DNA of 64,000 nucleotides from a virus. Shown here piece by piece: positions 54,069 through 64,000 of this stretch. Position 1 is the first letter of the stretch. Each line of letters starts with the position of its first letter. Under the pieces are notes generated by a model, which saw nothing but the letters and a program-made list of their open reading frames with translations, made no database searches and had not been told where the DNA came from. A program made the translations under genes and the position numbers. The stretch is taken from IMG/VR virus record IMGVR_UViG_3300046010_008569, positions 6,143 through 70,142 of that record; one strand, written 5' to 3'.

Positions 54069-54670
54069 AAGACGTGATCGACCCGGTTGAGGTGATGGCG
54101 CGCGGGATTGATCCTGAGGCGTTTGAGGGACGCGACATGACCTACCACGAAGCGCAGGAGCGCATTTATGCTGCCCGCTTTTGCGCTCGCGGAATCTACA
54201 CCGCCGTATTGGAGGCGGGATGGACGCTCGCTCCAAGTAAGTCGCCGCAATTTGCGCCTGGGTACGTCGCGCGCTTGCTCGCTTGCCAGAGCAAACTTGT
54301 CGAAGCGCTGAACACGGCGATCAATACGCTGGGATTGTCCAGCAATGAGTTCTCGGCGCAGAACGCGCGACAGGCGCGCGATGAAGCGCTCGCGCTCGCG
54401 TACCCAGACACCGCAGCATCCGAAGCGGGATGGGTGCTTGTGAAGCGAGGACAGGTCGAAGCCGATGAACGCGCGCACATGCGCACTTTGGAGGAGCGCG
54501 ACGCGGTTCAAGAATTGTTTGATGAACTCTATGTGGCATTTTTTGGAGACGCCCCGGAGTACTCTAATCTCTTCAACGCCACGGATGCGTTCAATGAAAT
54601 GGACGCCCGGCTTTCGCAGCTAAAGGCCGCCATGATCGCCGCCGCTTCCGAAGCGGGCAAAGGAGAGTGA
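54065..54670 (+). CDS. Hypothetical protein
   Basis: Coupled ORF; ASEAG occurs twice. Confidence 0.6.
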   Translation: MKDVIDPVEVMARGIDPEAFEGRDMTYHEAQERIYAARFCARGIYTAVLEAGWTLAPSKSPQFAPGYVARLLACQSKLVEALNTAINTLGLSSNEFSAQNARQARDEALALAYPDTAASEAGWVLVKRGQVEADERAHMRTLEERDAVQELFDELYVAFFGDAPEYSNLFNATDAFNEMDARLSQLKAAMIAAASEAGKGE

Positions 54671-54671
54671 G

Positions 54672-54983
54672 ATGAGCGTGTTTGCTGACATTATCGAAGA
54701 GCGTTCGCGCCAGATTCTTGTTGAGGGCTGGACGCCGGAGCATGACGACACGCACGCAGATAACTCGCTATCAAAAGCGGCTGCTTGTTACGCCGTAGGC
54801 TCTCTTATTCCCGGCGTGTGGCCCTGGGGCCTGCGCTTTTGGAAGCCCAAGAATCGCCGCCGCGATTTGATCCGCGCCGCTGCGCTCATCGTCGCCGAGA
54901 TCGAGCGACTAGACCGAGCCTCTGGCAAAGAGGCCGCGCGCGATGAACCAAAAGACACGACAAAGGAGCGAGCCGATGGGTGA
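54672..54983 (+). CDS. Conserved phage protein
   Basis: ER.RQ...EGWTPEHDD.H...WPW...WKP...RR.L.RAAAL..AEIERLDR. Confidence 0.75.
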   Translation: MSVFADIIEERSRQILVEGWTPEHDDTHADNSLSKAAACYAVGSLIPGVWPWGLRFWKPKNRRRDLIRAAALIVAEIERLDRASGKEAARDEPKDTTKERADG

Positions 54984-55161
54984 AGCAGCCGACGATCTGT
55001 GGAGCAACGAGTTTGATCGCGCGTGCGAGCGCCAAGCGTTCGTTGAGGCAGTTGAGCGCAACTGCCTAAAGCGCCGTCCATCCTGCGACTACGATCTGCA
55101 CCCCGACGATGACGGGCTTCTGACATGCCGCGTGTGCGGCGAGCAGTTTGATTACCCATGA
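54976..55161 (+). CDS. Small Zn-ribbon protein
   Basis: MGEAAD start; C..CG. Confidence 0.55.
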   Translation: MGEAADDLWSNEFDRACERQAFVEAVERNCLKRRPSCDYDLHPDDDGLLTCRVCGEQFDYP

Positions 55162-55210
55162 GCACGCAACCCAATGTTTTCGTCACAAGCAGATGCTGCG
55201 GAGAACACCA

Positions 55211-55603
55211 ATGGCTGAGAGCGCCGCCGTGAAGTATGCTGATCTGGAAAAGAGGCTGCGGCAATACAGCCAAGAGGTAAGCCTTCAAGGCTTGATCGTC
55301 GGGCGCTTTGTGCCGGGCCTTCCGACGCTGCGCTTCATTGACGAATTGCTTGCCGCCGCCGACGCCATCGCAGCGCTCACAAAGCAGGTGGCGGAGCGCG
55401 GCGCGCTCGAAATGGAGCGTGATCTGCTGGCGGAGAAGCTTCAGCAGATCGCCAACTTCGCGCCGCCAACACTGCCGAGATACGAGAACGCAGTGAACAT
55501 CATCCGCGACATTCAATGGATCGCACGGACCACCGTTGAAGCCCTCGCACGCGGACGGGACATATCGACGGCCAGCGATGCGGAGAACAACCATGAAACC
55601 TGA
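55211..55603 (+). CDS. Hypothetical protein
   Basis: GGAGA RBS before ATG at 55211. Confidence 0.55.
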   Translation: MAESAAVKYADLEKRLRQYSQEVSLQGLIVGRFVPGLPTLRFIDELLAAADAIAALTKQVAERGALEMERDLLAEKLQQIANFAPPTLPRYENAVNIIRDIQWIARTTVEALARGRDISTASDAENNHET

Positions 55604-55883
55604 AATTAAACTAATTGAAGTGAAGCCCGGCGTGTACGTCATTGGCGTACAGGCCAATGGACCGGCTGTTGCTGTGTACTGGAAGCATAGCGACGGAACT
55701 TCCAGCCTTATGAAGGCTGGAAAGCGACGGGTTGACATGGAAAAAAAGCTAGGCGACAATAAGGAATTGTCGATTCACGACGCCAAAGCGCGCAGAGCTC
55801 AGTTCGAGCTCATCCGCGGGGGAAGATATGAAGAAGGACCTAACCAAGCTAGCTCTGCTAACGGCAGCGATCATCGCGGCTGA
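55593..55883 (+). CDS. Hypothetical protein
   Basis: GGAGA RBS before ATG at 55593. Confidence 0.55.
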   Translation: MKPEIKLIEVKPGVYVIGVQANGPAVAVYWKHSDGTSSLMKAGKRRVDMEKKLGDNKELSIHDAKARRAQFELIRGGRYEEGPNQASSANGSDHRG

Positions 55884-55889
55884 GGTAGC

Positions 55890-56276
55890 ATGGGCGGTAG
55901 GATTCTTTTCCCTAAGGTAGAGCACAAGCGCATTGGGTTCACACCCAAGCAGCGCGCTGATGCTATGGCTAAGACTGGAGGCATGTGCGCCAAAGAAGGC
56001 TGCAACAAGCCAGCTGAAGAGATTAATCACATAGACCCGGTCGCTATGGGCGGCGCCCATGAGCTCAATAACTGGGAGCCATTGTGCTCGGTCCACCACA
56101 AGATCGAGACAGCCTGGCAAGTGAAGATGATCCGCAAAGCGGATCGAATGGCGGGACGCCGCGGCAGTCAAAGCGGCCGGCGCAAGAAGAACGGTCCTCA
56201 GCTTAAATCTGCGAAGAAGCCATGGCCAAAGCGTTCGTTTCCGTCAAAAAAGAAATCTACTCTTCAGCCAACATAG
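55890..56276 (+). CDS. HNH endonuclease
   Basis: C...GC.....INHIDP...GG.H...N..PLC..HH..ET. Confidence 0.8.
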   Translation: MGGRILFPKVEHKRIGFTPKQRADAMAKTGGMCAKEGCNKPAEEINHIDPVAMGGAHELNNWEPLCSVHHKIETAWQVKMIRKADRMAGRRGSQSGRRKKNGPQLKSAKKPWPKRSFPSKKKSTLQPT

Positions 56277-57528
56277 CTGGCTTAACGGAGTGACGGGCGA
56301 TCTCGCCGTGGGTGCGGTCCATGATGATGCACTTCATGTCTCGGCTCGAGCGATAGCCCTTCTGATCTGAGTACGCATCCGGCGATGCCAGGATGCGGAA
56401 GCTTTCGACTTCAGCCCCAGGGAAGTCCTTCAGCTTGTTCGTGTGGTGAACGTGTCCCATCCAGATATAGCGGTGCTTGGTGTTGCCCCACATCTCAGGA
56501 ACATCCGTAGCCACGATCAGCGGTAGCTGCTCGGGCTTGGCGCCGTGACCATGGTGCGTCGAGATCAGCACATTGCCGAACTGGTAGTAGTGGTAGTGCC
56601 GCGGCGAGTTATCGATTGTGATTCTCGGTTCGTTTTCGTAGACGTTCTTCAGGCATTCCATGAGGAAGATCGAGGACGACAGGTCGTGGTTGCCGATCTC
56701 CACGATGACGTGGACCTTGCCATGCCGGCGCAGCGCTTGCTCGATCATGTAGCGCATACACCGGATCGCAGTTCTGACCATCTTCGGGAAACGGCTGTCG
56801 GCATCCAGGTGGTGGCCCGATGTCGGCGTCACCGCCACGAACGAGTCGTAGTGCATGAAGTCACCGAGGAAGACCAGCAGGGCCTGTTCGCAACGGACGG
56901 TCGAACTGAAGAGGTAATCCGAGGCCTTCTTCAGAAGGCTCTCTCCGATCTCCAGGTCGTAGCTGGAGCCGGTCTCGTCCTTCCAGGCCAGCATCCCGAG
57001 GTGGTGGTCTCCAACCGGGTAGCACGCAAGCAGGTCCTCCATCGCCCTGGAAGGCGCTGGAGAGGGCTTTGCTCTCGGCAGGTCCTTGGACAGTTCGTCC
57101 GCTAAAGCTCTCCAGGCCTCTTCCCTGGCGATCTGCGCAGGCTTTTCAGCAACCCATTGCTGGGTGACCCTGCCCTCCTGGTCATAGAGGGTAGAAACCT
57201 TGGTGATTGTCTTGGGATCGGGCAGGTAGACCCGCTCATCCGGGTCCATGCTAGGCATGGCCAGCTTATCCCACCGGCCGCGCTCTTGACCATCCTGGTC
57301 ATACAGGATGGATTGCTTGCGGACCTCAAGCACCGGTGTCGCTAGGAGACCTAGCTTTCGAGCCTTCTTGAGACGATCCTTAATGCATGAGGCACTAAGG
57401 CCAGTCTTCTCAGCAACGCGCTGAGCGTTGCTTCCTGACGCTAGGTAAAGCTCTACTGTATTCTTTAGCTCTTCTTCAGGGGTTTCCGGGATACGACCAT
57501 TCGCTTCGCGCTTTGCCAGTGCTGGCAT
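56257..57528 (-). CDS. HTH plus calcineurin-like metallophosphoesterase
   Basis: GDHH, GDFMH, GNHD, HHGH, GHVHH; N-terminal HTH. Confidence 0.85.
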   Translation of the reverse strand: MPALAKREANGRIPETPEEELKNTVELYLASGSNAQRVAEKTGLSASCIKDRLKKARKLGLLATPVLEVRKQSILYDQDGQERGRWDKLAMPSMDPDERVYLPDPKTITKVSTLYDQEGRVTQQWVAEKPAQIAREEAWRALADELSKDLPRAKPSPAPSRAMEDLLACYPVGDHHLGMLAWKDETGSSYDLEIGESLLKKASDYLFSSTVRCEQALLVFLGDFMHYDSFVAVTPTSGHHLDADSRFPKMVRTAIRCMRYMIEQALRRHGKVHVIVEIGNHDLSSSIFLMECLKNVYENEPRITIDNSPRHYHYYQFGNVLISTHHGHGAKPEQLPLIVATDVPEMWGNTKHRYIWMGHVHHTNKLKDFPGAEVESFRILASPDAYSDQKGYRSSRDMKCIIMDRTHGEIARHSVKPAMLAEE

Positions 57529-60500
57529 TAGTCCCGCTCACGTTGACGCCGAGATTCGGCTTCCACAGCTTCTGCCGTTCGATTAACGTACTCGTTGTAA
57601 TCTGTCATCACCCTATCCATCCGGCCGGTCAAATATTCTATGCGACGGTCGCGGGCTGCATCGGTGAGGCTATTATCGGCATAGGTCCGGCGCAGGTCCT
57701 GCTCCAGCTGGCGATAGGACCACATATACTGGCGGATACGATTCAGCTGACCATAAGGCACATCGTTCGGATAGACGTTAACGCCCAGCGCCCGAGCGAT
57801 GAGTTGACCTCTCGTCTGCGTCGGTTCGCCATAGCGATCCTCGCCAGTTCCCACGAGAGCCTCGTAGCCGGGGCCACCTTTGTCCTCGCCAGGAAGCGCC
57901 GGCAAATAGTAGTTATAGAAGCTCGGCATGAAGGAGCGGAGTGTGAACCAGGTTGTCTTCCAGCCTTGCGTCTGGGGATCGTCGGTCTCCTCATAGATCG
58001 GCGTGCCGCGGAACGGATCGACACCAGTGCTGACACCGGCATAGATCGTGCCAAGAGGACCGCCATTCAGGCCAAAGGCCTTCAGGGCGTCAACGGGGTT
58101 TCCCTTCGACGCTGACAAGAAGAGACCCCAGAGAGCACCCTCAGGGAGGGTGTAGCCAAGGTCAATCCACTGGATGCGACCATGCTCGTCCCGCCAAGGG
58201 ACGGGCATCAGCATCGGACGGTCTGCGAGAAACTCGCTTAGCGTCTCCTTCGCGTCCTCAGGAGCGAAGCCCCACATCAGCGAAGCGAGCGCCATGAGAC
58301 CGAGGTACTGACCATAGCCTGTATACATCAGGCGCCAGGGCGAGGTGGCGACTTGCTCCAGGAAGTTCGGTACAGCGAAGTACGTGTAGCGAATGAACGG
58401 AGCCAACGCCGTATTGGATAGCCAACGAACAACCGGCGTGACGGCAGAGTAGTCGAAGAAATACTTGCGGGCTTCCATGGCAGCAAGCGCCTCTGGCGTG
58501 CCGCGCTCGAGTTCGTCAGCGATCTTCGCCACCTTGAAGATCACGTCCTCCATCTGGTAGAGGAACGACATATTGTCAGCGTAGGCGTTCTTCATTGCGT
58601 CAAACACCGCGGTTGCGGTGTCCATCGCATTGAGGCCGGCATCAATCGCGCTGTTCGGGCCACCAGTCAGATTAGAAATCTTGGAGCGGAAGTTGGCCTT
58701 ATCGATTTCCTTCTTCAGGTTTCGAGCGAACTGATCCATCACACGAAGCTCTGCTTCGGTGAAGGTCTGCTTCATCGCACCGAACTTGATCGCGGCCTCG
58801 ATGGCAGGAGAGTTCTTCTTCTTGGTGTGATAGTCAGCGACTTGCTGAACCGCCTCGATGACACGTAGCGGGTTCGTACCGGAGCGAGCCAGCATCAGGA
58901 TGTTGGAGTAGATGTTCCGCAAGTGAGTCGGCGGGTTGGCGACTGTCAGCAGGAACTTGATGTTGCGGTTGAATGCACCGTACATCTCTTGCGCAGCGCC
59001 AGCGACAGACTCAGGGTCTGCGCTTGCGAACTGACCGCCAGTGATGTCGTTGTAAAGCTGGGTGATGACGACCGCTCCAGCGGCGTCGCCATACTTGCTG
59101 GTGTCCATCGGAAGCTGACGATAGCCATCCGGAAGATCGCCCTTGCTGAGCGCTGTTGCGTACTGCGGGTTCGTGGACAGGACAAGCTTCATATCCTGAA
59201 TCACGCGCTCGAGGATGCGGATTTCGGAACGAAGCTCTGAGGCATACGAGCCAGTGGCTGATGCCCCGCCGAGACCCTGGAGTTCAGCGCGCTTGTTTTC
59301 AAGCGAAGTCTGGCTGAGCTTCAGCTGATTCGAGATGTAGAATAACGAACGCCACTTGCCACCGAACATCACAAGGCTGTCCGGCAAGAACCAGCGAGGG
59401 TTGCTCGGTGAGGTTTGATTGTGGTGGATCAGCGAGTTCAGGTATGTGTAAGCTGCGATGTCTCGCAGCGGACGCTCGATACTCATGTAGAGCAAGAACG
59501 GAAGGTCCTCGATTTCACCCTTGGTGAGACGCTTGTCCTGAGGGATGCCTTCGCGCCAGGCTCTGTACGGCGCTCCAGAAGCGCGCGTACCCATGGTTGG
59601 CTTGTAGCTCTCGAAATGCTCCATGTACGCACGAAGCAGGTAGTGGCCACTCCACTTATCGCGCTGACGAGCGCTGATGATACGATGCTCCACGAGAGCA
59701 TCGCCCACTTCCTTGATCGCCTGCATGGCCTTCTTGCCGGCCGCTTGCAGTTCAGGCGGGAGCGTCGCGAGGTCGGCTGCCTGTTTCACAGGATCAGCCT
59801 CAGTCATCACTTTCTTCAGGCGCCAAATTTGATCTTGAGCTTTAGCGCGCTCAGCTTGGGTGAGCTTAGCGAGTCCGCTCATGTCGCCCTTCAGGACCTT
59901 GAAGGCGTCCTGCATGTTGATACGCAGGCCCGCGGAAACATCGCGGGCCATCTCGACGGCAATTTCTTCGGCCTTACCGACGCGACCCTGGAAGAGCGAG
60001 CGATAGATGCCGAGCGCTGCTTCGTCGGGAACGCCACCGAATTGGAAATAGCGAGAGGCAGTGCCAGCGATCTGCTGAAGGATTGGGTGACTATTGAAGA
60101 CACCTCTCCACATTGCCTTGAGGCTACCCTCGACAAGCTTATCCACGTCATCGAGCTTACCGAAGGCCACGTTCCATGGCTTAAGACCGGCTATGCGCTT
60201 GTCTTGGATGGTTGCGCCGCCAAGACCTTTACGGGTTTTAACCGACGCAATCTGAGCCGCCACGTAGGCGGCGTCGTCCAGGAAGCCTGGCTGCTCACCA
60301 ATGATGCTGCCGGCTGGAGGAGTGTTCGTGGCGCCGAAGCGGCCACCAGGAGGATTGTAGCGACGGGACTCCATGCGGCCCGCTGGTGTCGGTCTATCCG
60401 TCCCCACAAAGCCGCCTTCAAAGATGCCGTTCTCGAGGAAGGCCAGGAAGGCCTTCTCGTCTTTGAAGAACTGTTGCACTTGCTTACGCGCAATGATGCG

Positions 60501-63500
60501 CTTGGCTGCCGACATATTGTCAGTTAGGAAGTCTTCATCGCTGATGTTCTGGAGCGCGCGCTTGAGTTTAGAATATTGCTCGCGCGTGAGTCTCTTCGGA
60601 GCTTCAGTGATCCCGATCTCGTTCATGACCTTAGCGACCGGCTTGTAAGCCTGTCGCATCTTGTCGAACTCCTGGGACTGCTTACGGGTCAGGCCAAACT
60701 CTTGGTGGACTGACGGCAATTCCTCATCTGTCTGAGCCGCTTGCTCTGCCGCGGCGATGATCTCAGGCAGGTTCATTGCGTCCTTCGGTGTGAAGGACTG
60801 CATCATGAAGTAATCGGTGATGAGACGGGACAGGTAGTAGATACCCATCCCTGTCGGCGGGATTGCTGCTAGGAGCTTCAGCGGGATTGAGCGAAGGTGC
60901 TCCCAAGCGCTCTGGATGTCCTCAGCGCGGATGGTGTCTTGCGTCATGATCGAAGGCTCGAACGCCGCGCGTTCGGCCTCAGTCATGTTCACCATTCGTT
61001 CTGCGTCTCGAGCTTGGACTTCGTCAGCGAGCGCTAAGTAGAGAGACAGCGCTCGAGACATAGTGCTACCCTGCCCAGGGTAGCGTATCTTAGCGCTTTC
61101 GATAGCCCATTCTGGCGGCTCTACATTCCAACCACGGCCCTTCTCCAGCACAGACGCGATCTGCTGGGCGCCACCGCCGCGCTCAAAGTGCTCAATGCCT
61201 GAGATGAGATGCTGAATCTCATGAGCCAGAGTCTCGAGCATATTGTTAGCCAGTATCCTTTTGTTCGGATACTGGTCTTGATTTTTGCTGATGAACAGTT
61301 GTTTCGTGAAGCGATTGCTTCCGCCAGCTATATCGTAGTTGCCGACATAGATCGTGGCATTCTTTAGCTCGGGATACTGATCAAACACGCGAGAGGTGAT
61401 GACATCGCCAAGCCTAGCACTTACCGCCTTAGGAGATCGAATCATCTCGCCCATCTTGGGGAGGAAATCGATCTCCCCAGATGCCAGCGTGAAGCGCCAC
61501 TTCCCCTTCCCGTCCTTCGGGCGGAACCAGCCAGTTTTCTGCTTGATGGTATTCGCGTCGATGCCTTCAGCGGCCATGCGCTTTGCGCCGGCCAATGCAG
61601 TCAGGTCAGCGCCTTTTGCTTTGACGCCGCCGAAGTTCTGCATGTTGCCGGTATCGAAACCGGCAGTTTTGTTCCACTCAACGAAAGCCCGAGCGTAGGC
61701 TACTGATTTTTCTTTGAGCCCAGGGGTAGGTCGTTGTCCGAATACAACTCTTCCAACTCCGGCCATTCGCCCGCCAGTAGCGGCCGTGACGCCTTTAGTC
61801 GTTCCCGGGCGAGGGTTTCCGGATCGACTAATGATTCGATATCGTCTTTGTCTGGTTTCTCCACTTTGCACCTCGTAGAAGCCATCAGCGATCTTCAATC
61901 GCTGGGCAGTTTGATGAACCTTAGTTGGATTATTGCCGATGCGGGTCATCGCGTCAATTGGGATCGCTCGGCCGGTAGCCAGGAAGCGAGCCGCCATGCG
62001 GCGCATACGGGTCGTGAAGTCGGCTCTGACATGGACGATGTCCACGCTATAGCCCTTAGCCTTTAGGCGAGAGATGTATTTCTGAAGCGTTTGGACATCA
62101 TCACCAATGCGTTCATGGACGATGTTAACACCGTCCTTGATCATCCAGCTTACGGCTTGTTGAGACAGAGATGTTGCTTCGCTCCAGACATCCTCCGCAC
62201 CAACACCCTCGTTGTACTCGGGGATGAGCGGCATAACTGCATCTGGCTCGATGACAGCGGCGCCCATCTTCTGGGCGATGCGCTTGGAGATCGAGCTCTT
62301 GCCGGCAGCCGGAGCGCCAGTGACGATAACAGCGCGGCGCTTCTTCTGGAGCTTGTTGGTGGCGCTGCTCTCATACATCGAGCGGACATATTCCGCCATC
62401 TCGGTCGGAGAGATCAGCTGATCTCCACCATCAGGGTGCGGATACTGACGCTTCGCCCACCATTCAGGGTCCTGGACTTGCTCGCCAGTGACGGTTGGGC
62501 CTTCAGATTTCTCAGCCAGCGATTCCCAGATCGGCGCTGCTGCAATCTGCGCCGCGGTCGCGCGAGGGTCTTCGATGCGACGAACGAGATCATCGATCTC
62601 TTCTTGCGTGAAGGCGTTCGTGATAGCTGGCTTGATGCGATCAACGGCGACGCGATTGGAAGGCTCAAGACCTTCCTGGCTGAAGACTTCAGCTTGGTTA
62701 GCTGTGGCGCCGGAACGAAGATTGATCTCCGCCTGGCGGAGTTCTTCACGGAAGGCGGCTTGTTGTGATTTAGTGAGCGAACCAAAGGCGCGAACAAGCG
62801 CCCTGCCAGCCTTAATGAGAGCCCCAAGGGCCTTGCGCCAGATTGAGTCAGCTGAGTCAACCACCTGCTGCTCATACCGAGCGCGAGCAGCCTCCATGCC
62901 AATGGCAACGGCCTCTTCATTCTGCACCCAGCCCGGTTCATCACCGTAAATGACCGCAGCCACTTCGCTGTAAGTTGGGGTACGACCGACGCGCTTCTTA
63001 GCCTCTTCCCACCCCCAAGATTTCCCCGTTAAGTCGGCATCGCCGCGGGACATGCGCGCGCTGCGAGAAGCGTCTACAAGCTCCGCCCATTGCTGGTCAT
63101 TGTAGAAGCCCATCGAGCGAGCCCAGTGCAGGAGCTCGTGGCTGATCGTGCCCTGGAGGGCCTTCATTATACCGTTGACGGTCTTGCCTTCGATAGCGTC
63201 AAGCGCAAAAGAGAGAACTTTATTGTCGTAAGACGCAATGGTCTTGTCGGCGTCGCCCTGGGCGCTAAGGGTATCTACGAAAACGACCTTAACATCACCA
63301 GCGCCGGCCTTGATAGCCTCCCTCCTGGCGGCTGCCTCGAGATCAGCCCGATCTTGGGCTGATGGCGTCCCGCTCATCGGGCGGTAGCTGCGAAGCTCGG
63401 CCGCTGCCCGGTTGCCAGCGAGACGCATCCGCTGGGCATAGCTCATCGCCTTATAGGAAGCACGGTTCCTATTGGAATGCTGGCGAAGCTGATTGATGAT

Positions 63501-63584
63501 TGCCTGGTCGATGGCGCGCTGTTCGCCACTCCGCAATGGCCGGCCGATCTCGGCCTCGACCTTAGCGACGCATTCTCTTCTCAC
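57528..63584 (-). CDS. Large polyvalent / internal virion protein
   Basis: HELLH and HEIQH zincin motifs, GAPAAGKS zeta-toxin-like P-loop, TGWF....GKWRF (LPD23-like), hydrophobic LPD38-like C-terminus. Confidence 0.8.
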   Translation of the reverse strand: MRRECVAKVEAEIGRPLRSGEQRAIDQAIINQLRQHSNRNRASYKAMSYAQRMRLAGNRAAAELRSYRPMSGTPSAQDRADLEAAARREAIKAGAGDVKVVFVDTLSAQGDADKTIASYDNKVLSFALDAIEGKTVNGIMKALQGTISHELLHWARSMGFYNDQQWAELVDASRSARMSRGDADLTGKSWGWEEAKKRVGRTPTYSEVAAVIYGDEPGWVQNEEAVAIGMEAARARYEQQVVDSADSIWRKALGALIKAGRALVRAFGSLTKSQQAAFREELRQAEINLRSGATANQAEVFSQEGLEPSNRVAVDRIKPAITNAFTQEEIDDLVRRIEDPRATAAQIAAAPIWESLAEKSEGPTVTGEQVQDPEWWAKRQYPHPDGGDQLISPTEMAEYVRSMYESSATNKLQKKRRAVIVTGAPAAGKSSISKRIAQKMGAAVIEPDAVMPLIPEYNEGVGAEDVWSEATSLSQQAVSWMIKDGVNIVHERIGDDVQTLQKYISRLKAKGYSVDIVHVRADFTTRMRRMAARFLATGRAIPIDAMTRIGNNPTKVHQTAQRLKIADGFYEVQSGETRQRRYRIISRSGNPRPGTTKGVTAATGGRMAGVGRVVFGQRPTPGLKEKSVAYARAFVEWNKTAGFDTGNMQNFGGVKAKGADLTALAGAKRMAAEGIDANTIKQKTGWFRPKDGKGKWRFTLASGEIDFLPKMGEMIRSPKAVSARLGDVITSRVFDQYPELKNATIYVGNYDIAGGSNRFTKQLFISKNQDQYPNKRILANNMLETLAHEIQHLISGIEHFERGGGAQQIASVLEKGRGWNVEPPEWAIESAKIRYPGQGSTMSRALSLYLALADEVQARDAERMVNMTEAERAAFEPSIMTQDTIRAEDIQSAWEHLRSIPLKLLAAIPPTGMGIYYLSRLITDYFMMQSFTPKDAMNLPEIIAAAEQAAQTDEELPSVHQEFGLTRKQSQEFDKMRQAYKPVAKVMNEIGITEAPKRLTREQYSKLKRALQNISDEDFLTDNMSAAKRIIARKQVQQFFKDEKAFLAFLENGIFEGGFVGTDRPTPAGRMESRRYNPPGGRFGATNTPPAGSIIGEQPGFLDDAAYVAAQIASVKTRKGLGGATIQDKRIAGLKPWNVAFGKLDDVDKLVEGSLKAMWRGVFNSHPILQQIAGTASRYFQFGGVPDEAALGIYRSLFQGRVGKAEEIAVEMARDVSAGLRINMQDAFKVLKGDMSGLAKLTQAERAKAQDQIWRLKKVMTEADPVKQAADLATLPPELQAAGKKAMQAIKEVGDALVEHRIISARQRDKWSGHYLLRAYMEHFESYKPTMGTRASGAPYRAWREGIPQDKRLTKGEIEDLPFLLYMSIERPLRDIAAYTYLNSLIHHNQTSPSNPRWFLPDSLVMFGGKWRSLFYISNQLKLSQTSLENKRAELQGLGGASATGSYASELRSEIRILERVIQDMKLVLSTNPQYATALSKGDLPDGYRQLPMDTSKYGDAAGAVVITQLYNDITGGQFASADPESVAGAAQEMYGAFNRNIKFLLTVANPPTHLRNIYSNILMLARSGTNPLRVIEAVQQVADYHTKKKNSPAIEAAIKFGAMKQTFTEAELRVMDQFARNLKKEIDKANFRSKISNLTGGPNSAIDAGLNAMDTATAVFDAMKNAYADNMSFLYQMEDVIFKVAKIADELERGTPEALAAMEARKYFFDYSAVTPVVRWLSNTALAPFIRYTYFAVPNFLEQVATSPWRLMYTGYGQYLGLMALASLMWGFAPEDAKETLSEFLADRPMLMPVPWRDEHGRIQWIDLGYTLPEGALWGLFLSASKGNPVDALKAFGLNGGPLGTIYAGVSTGVDPFRGTPIYEETDDPQTQGWKTTWFTLRSFMPSFYNYYLPALPGEDKGGPGYEALVGTGEDRYGEPTQTRGQLIARALGVNVYPNDVPYGQLNRIRQYMWSYRQLEQDLRRTYADNSLTDAARDRRIEYLTGRMDRVMTDYNEYVNRTAEAVEAESRRQRERD

Positions 63585-63601
63585 GCACTAAACCCTTCAG
63601 G

Positions 63602-64000
63602 TTATTGTGGAATGCGGATGCGGTCTTCTTCGCGAGCGCGTCCAGGTGGAGCATCAGATGGGGTGCGCCCACCACGAAGGCCATAGCGGCGCACAACGGC
63701 TTGGCGATAGATGTCGTCCTCGGAGACATCGGCATCGCCTCTGGCGATAGCCTCGCCGTTGATGGTGTAGATTTCATCCCGGGCGGCAGCTAGCTCCTGC
63801 GGGGAGAAGTATTCGCGAGGGGCGGTTTCTTCCACAAAGCCATCATCATCGAATTGAGGCGCCTGATAGGTTCCCTCTTCATCCACGTAAGCATTGGCGC
63901 TTTCCAGCCCCCATTCCCGGCGTAGCTCTCGAGCACGCTCAAACATGGCGCTGGTTCTTGAAGCCATTCTACCTTCCTCAGCAAGGAAGCTGGCGATATC
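63602..64000 (-). CDS. 3' end of a gene starting outside the window (probable virion protein)
   Basis: Frame remains open from 63967 to the window edge (DIASFLAEEGR-MASRT). Confidence 0.6.
   Translation of the reverse strand, partial: DIASFLAEEGRMASRTSAMFERARELRREWGLESANAYVDEEGTYQAPQFDDDGFVEETAPREYFSPQELAAARDEIYTINGEAIARGDADVSEDDIYRQAVVRRYGLRGGRTPSDAPPGRAREEDRIRIPQ

Noticed and set aside
59415-60527. 370-aa plus-strand ORF
   Set aside because: It is an antisense shadow of the 2018-aa gene, expected with GC-biased codon usage.

Overview
This window is most of a tailed dsDNA phage genome (Caudoviricetes, podovirus-like) with about 58% GC by eye. The host is probably alphaproteobacterial, because the phage carries a GcrA-like gene. 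Bases 1-23.7 kb (minus strand) hold the virion and packaging module: terminase large subunit, portal, GroES, scaffold, major capsid protein, adaptors, tail, fibre and ejection proteins. Bases 23.7-30 kb hold small minus-strand genes, a ~700-nt gap tiled by folded RNA-like domains, a repeat-rich control region and a probable small terminase. Bases 30.2-38.6 kb (plus strand) are an early operon of small genes separated by 15 covarying structured intergenic elements, each ending in AGGGTCT just before the start codon. Bases 38.6-46.6 kb (minus) carry a methyltransferase, SLOG, HslV-like, GcrA-like and primase-helicase genes. Bases 47.6-56.3 kb (plus) carry recombination and nucleotide-metabolism genes and a tyrosine recombinase. 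Bases 56.3-64 kb (minus) carry a phosphoesterase and a 2018-aa polyvalent protein. The most novel-looking signals are the 15-copy switch-like RNA element array and the 26.9-27.6 kb structured RNA cluster. All calls come from motif recognition by eye; no database searches or folding programs were run.
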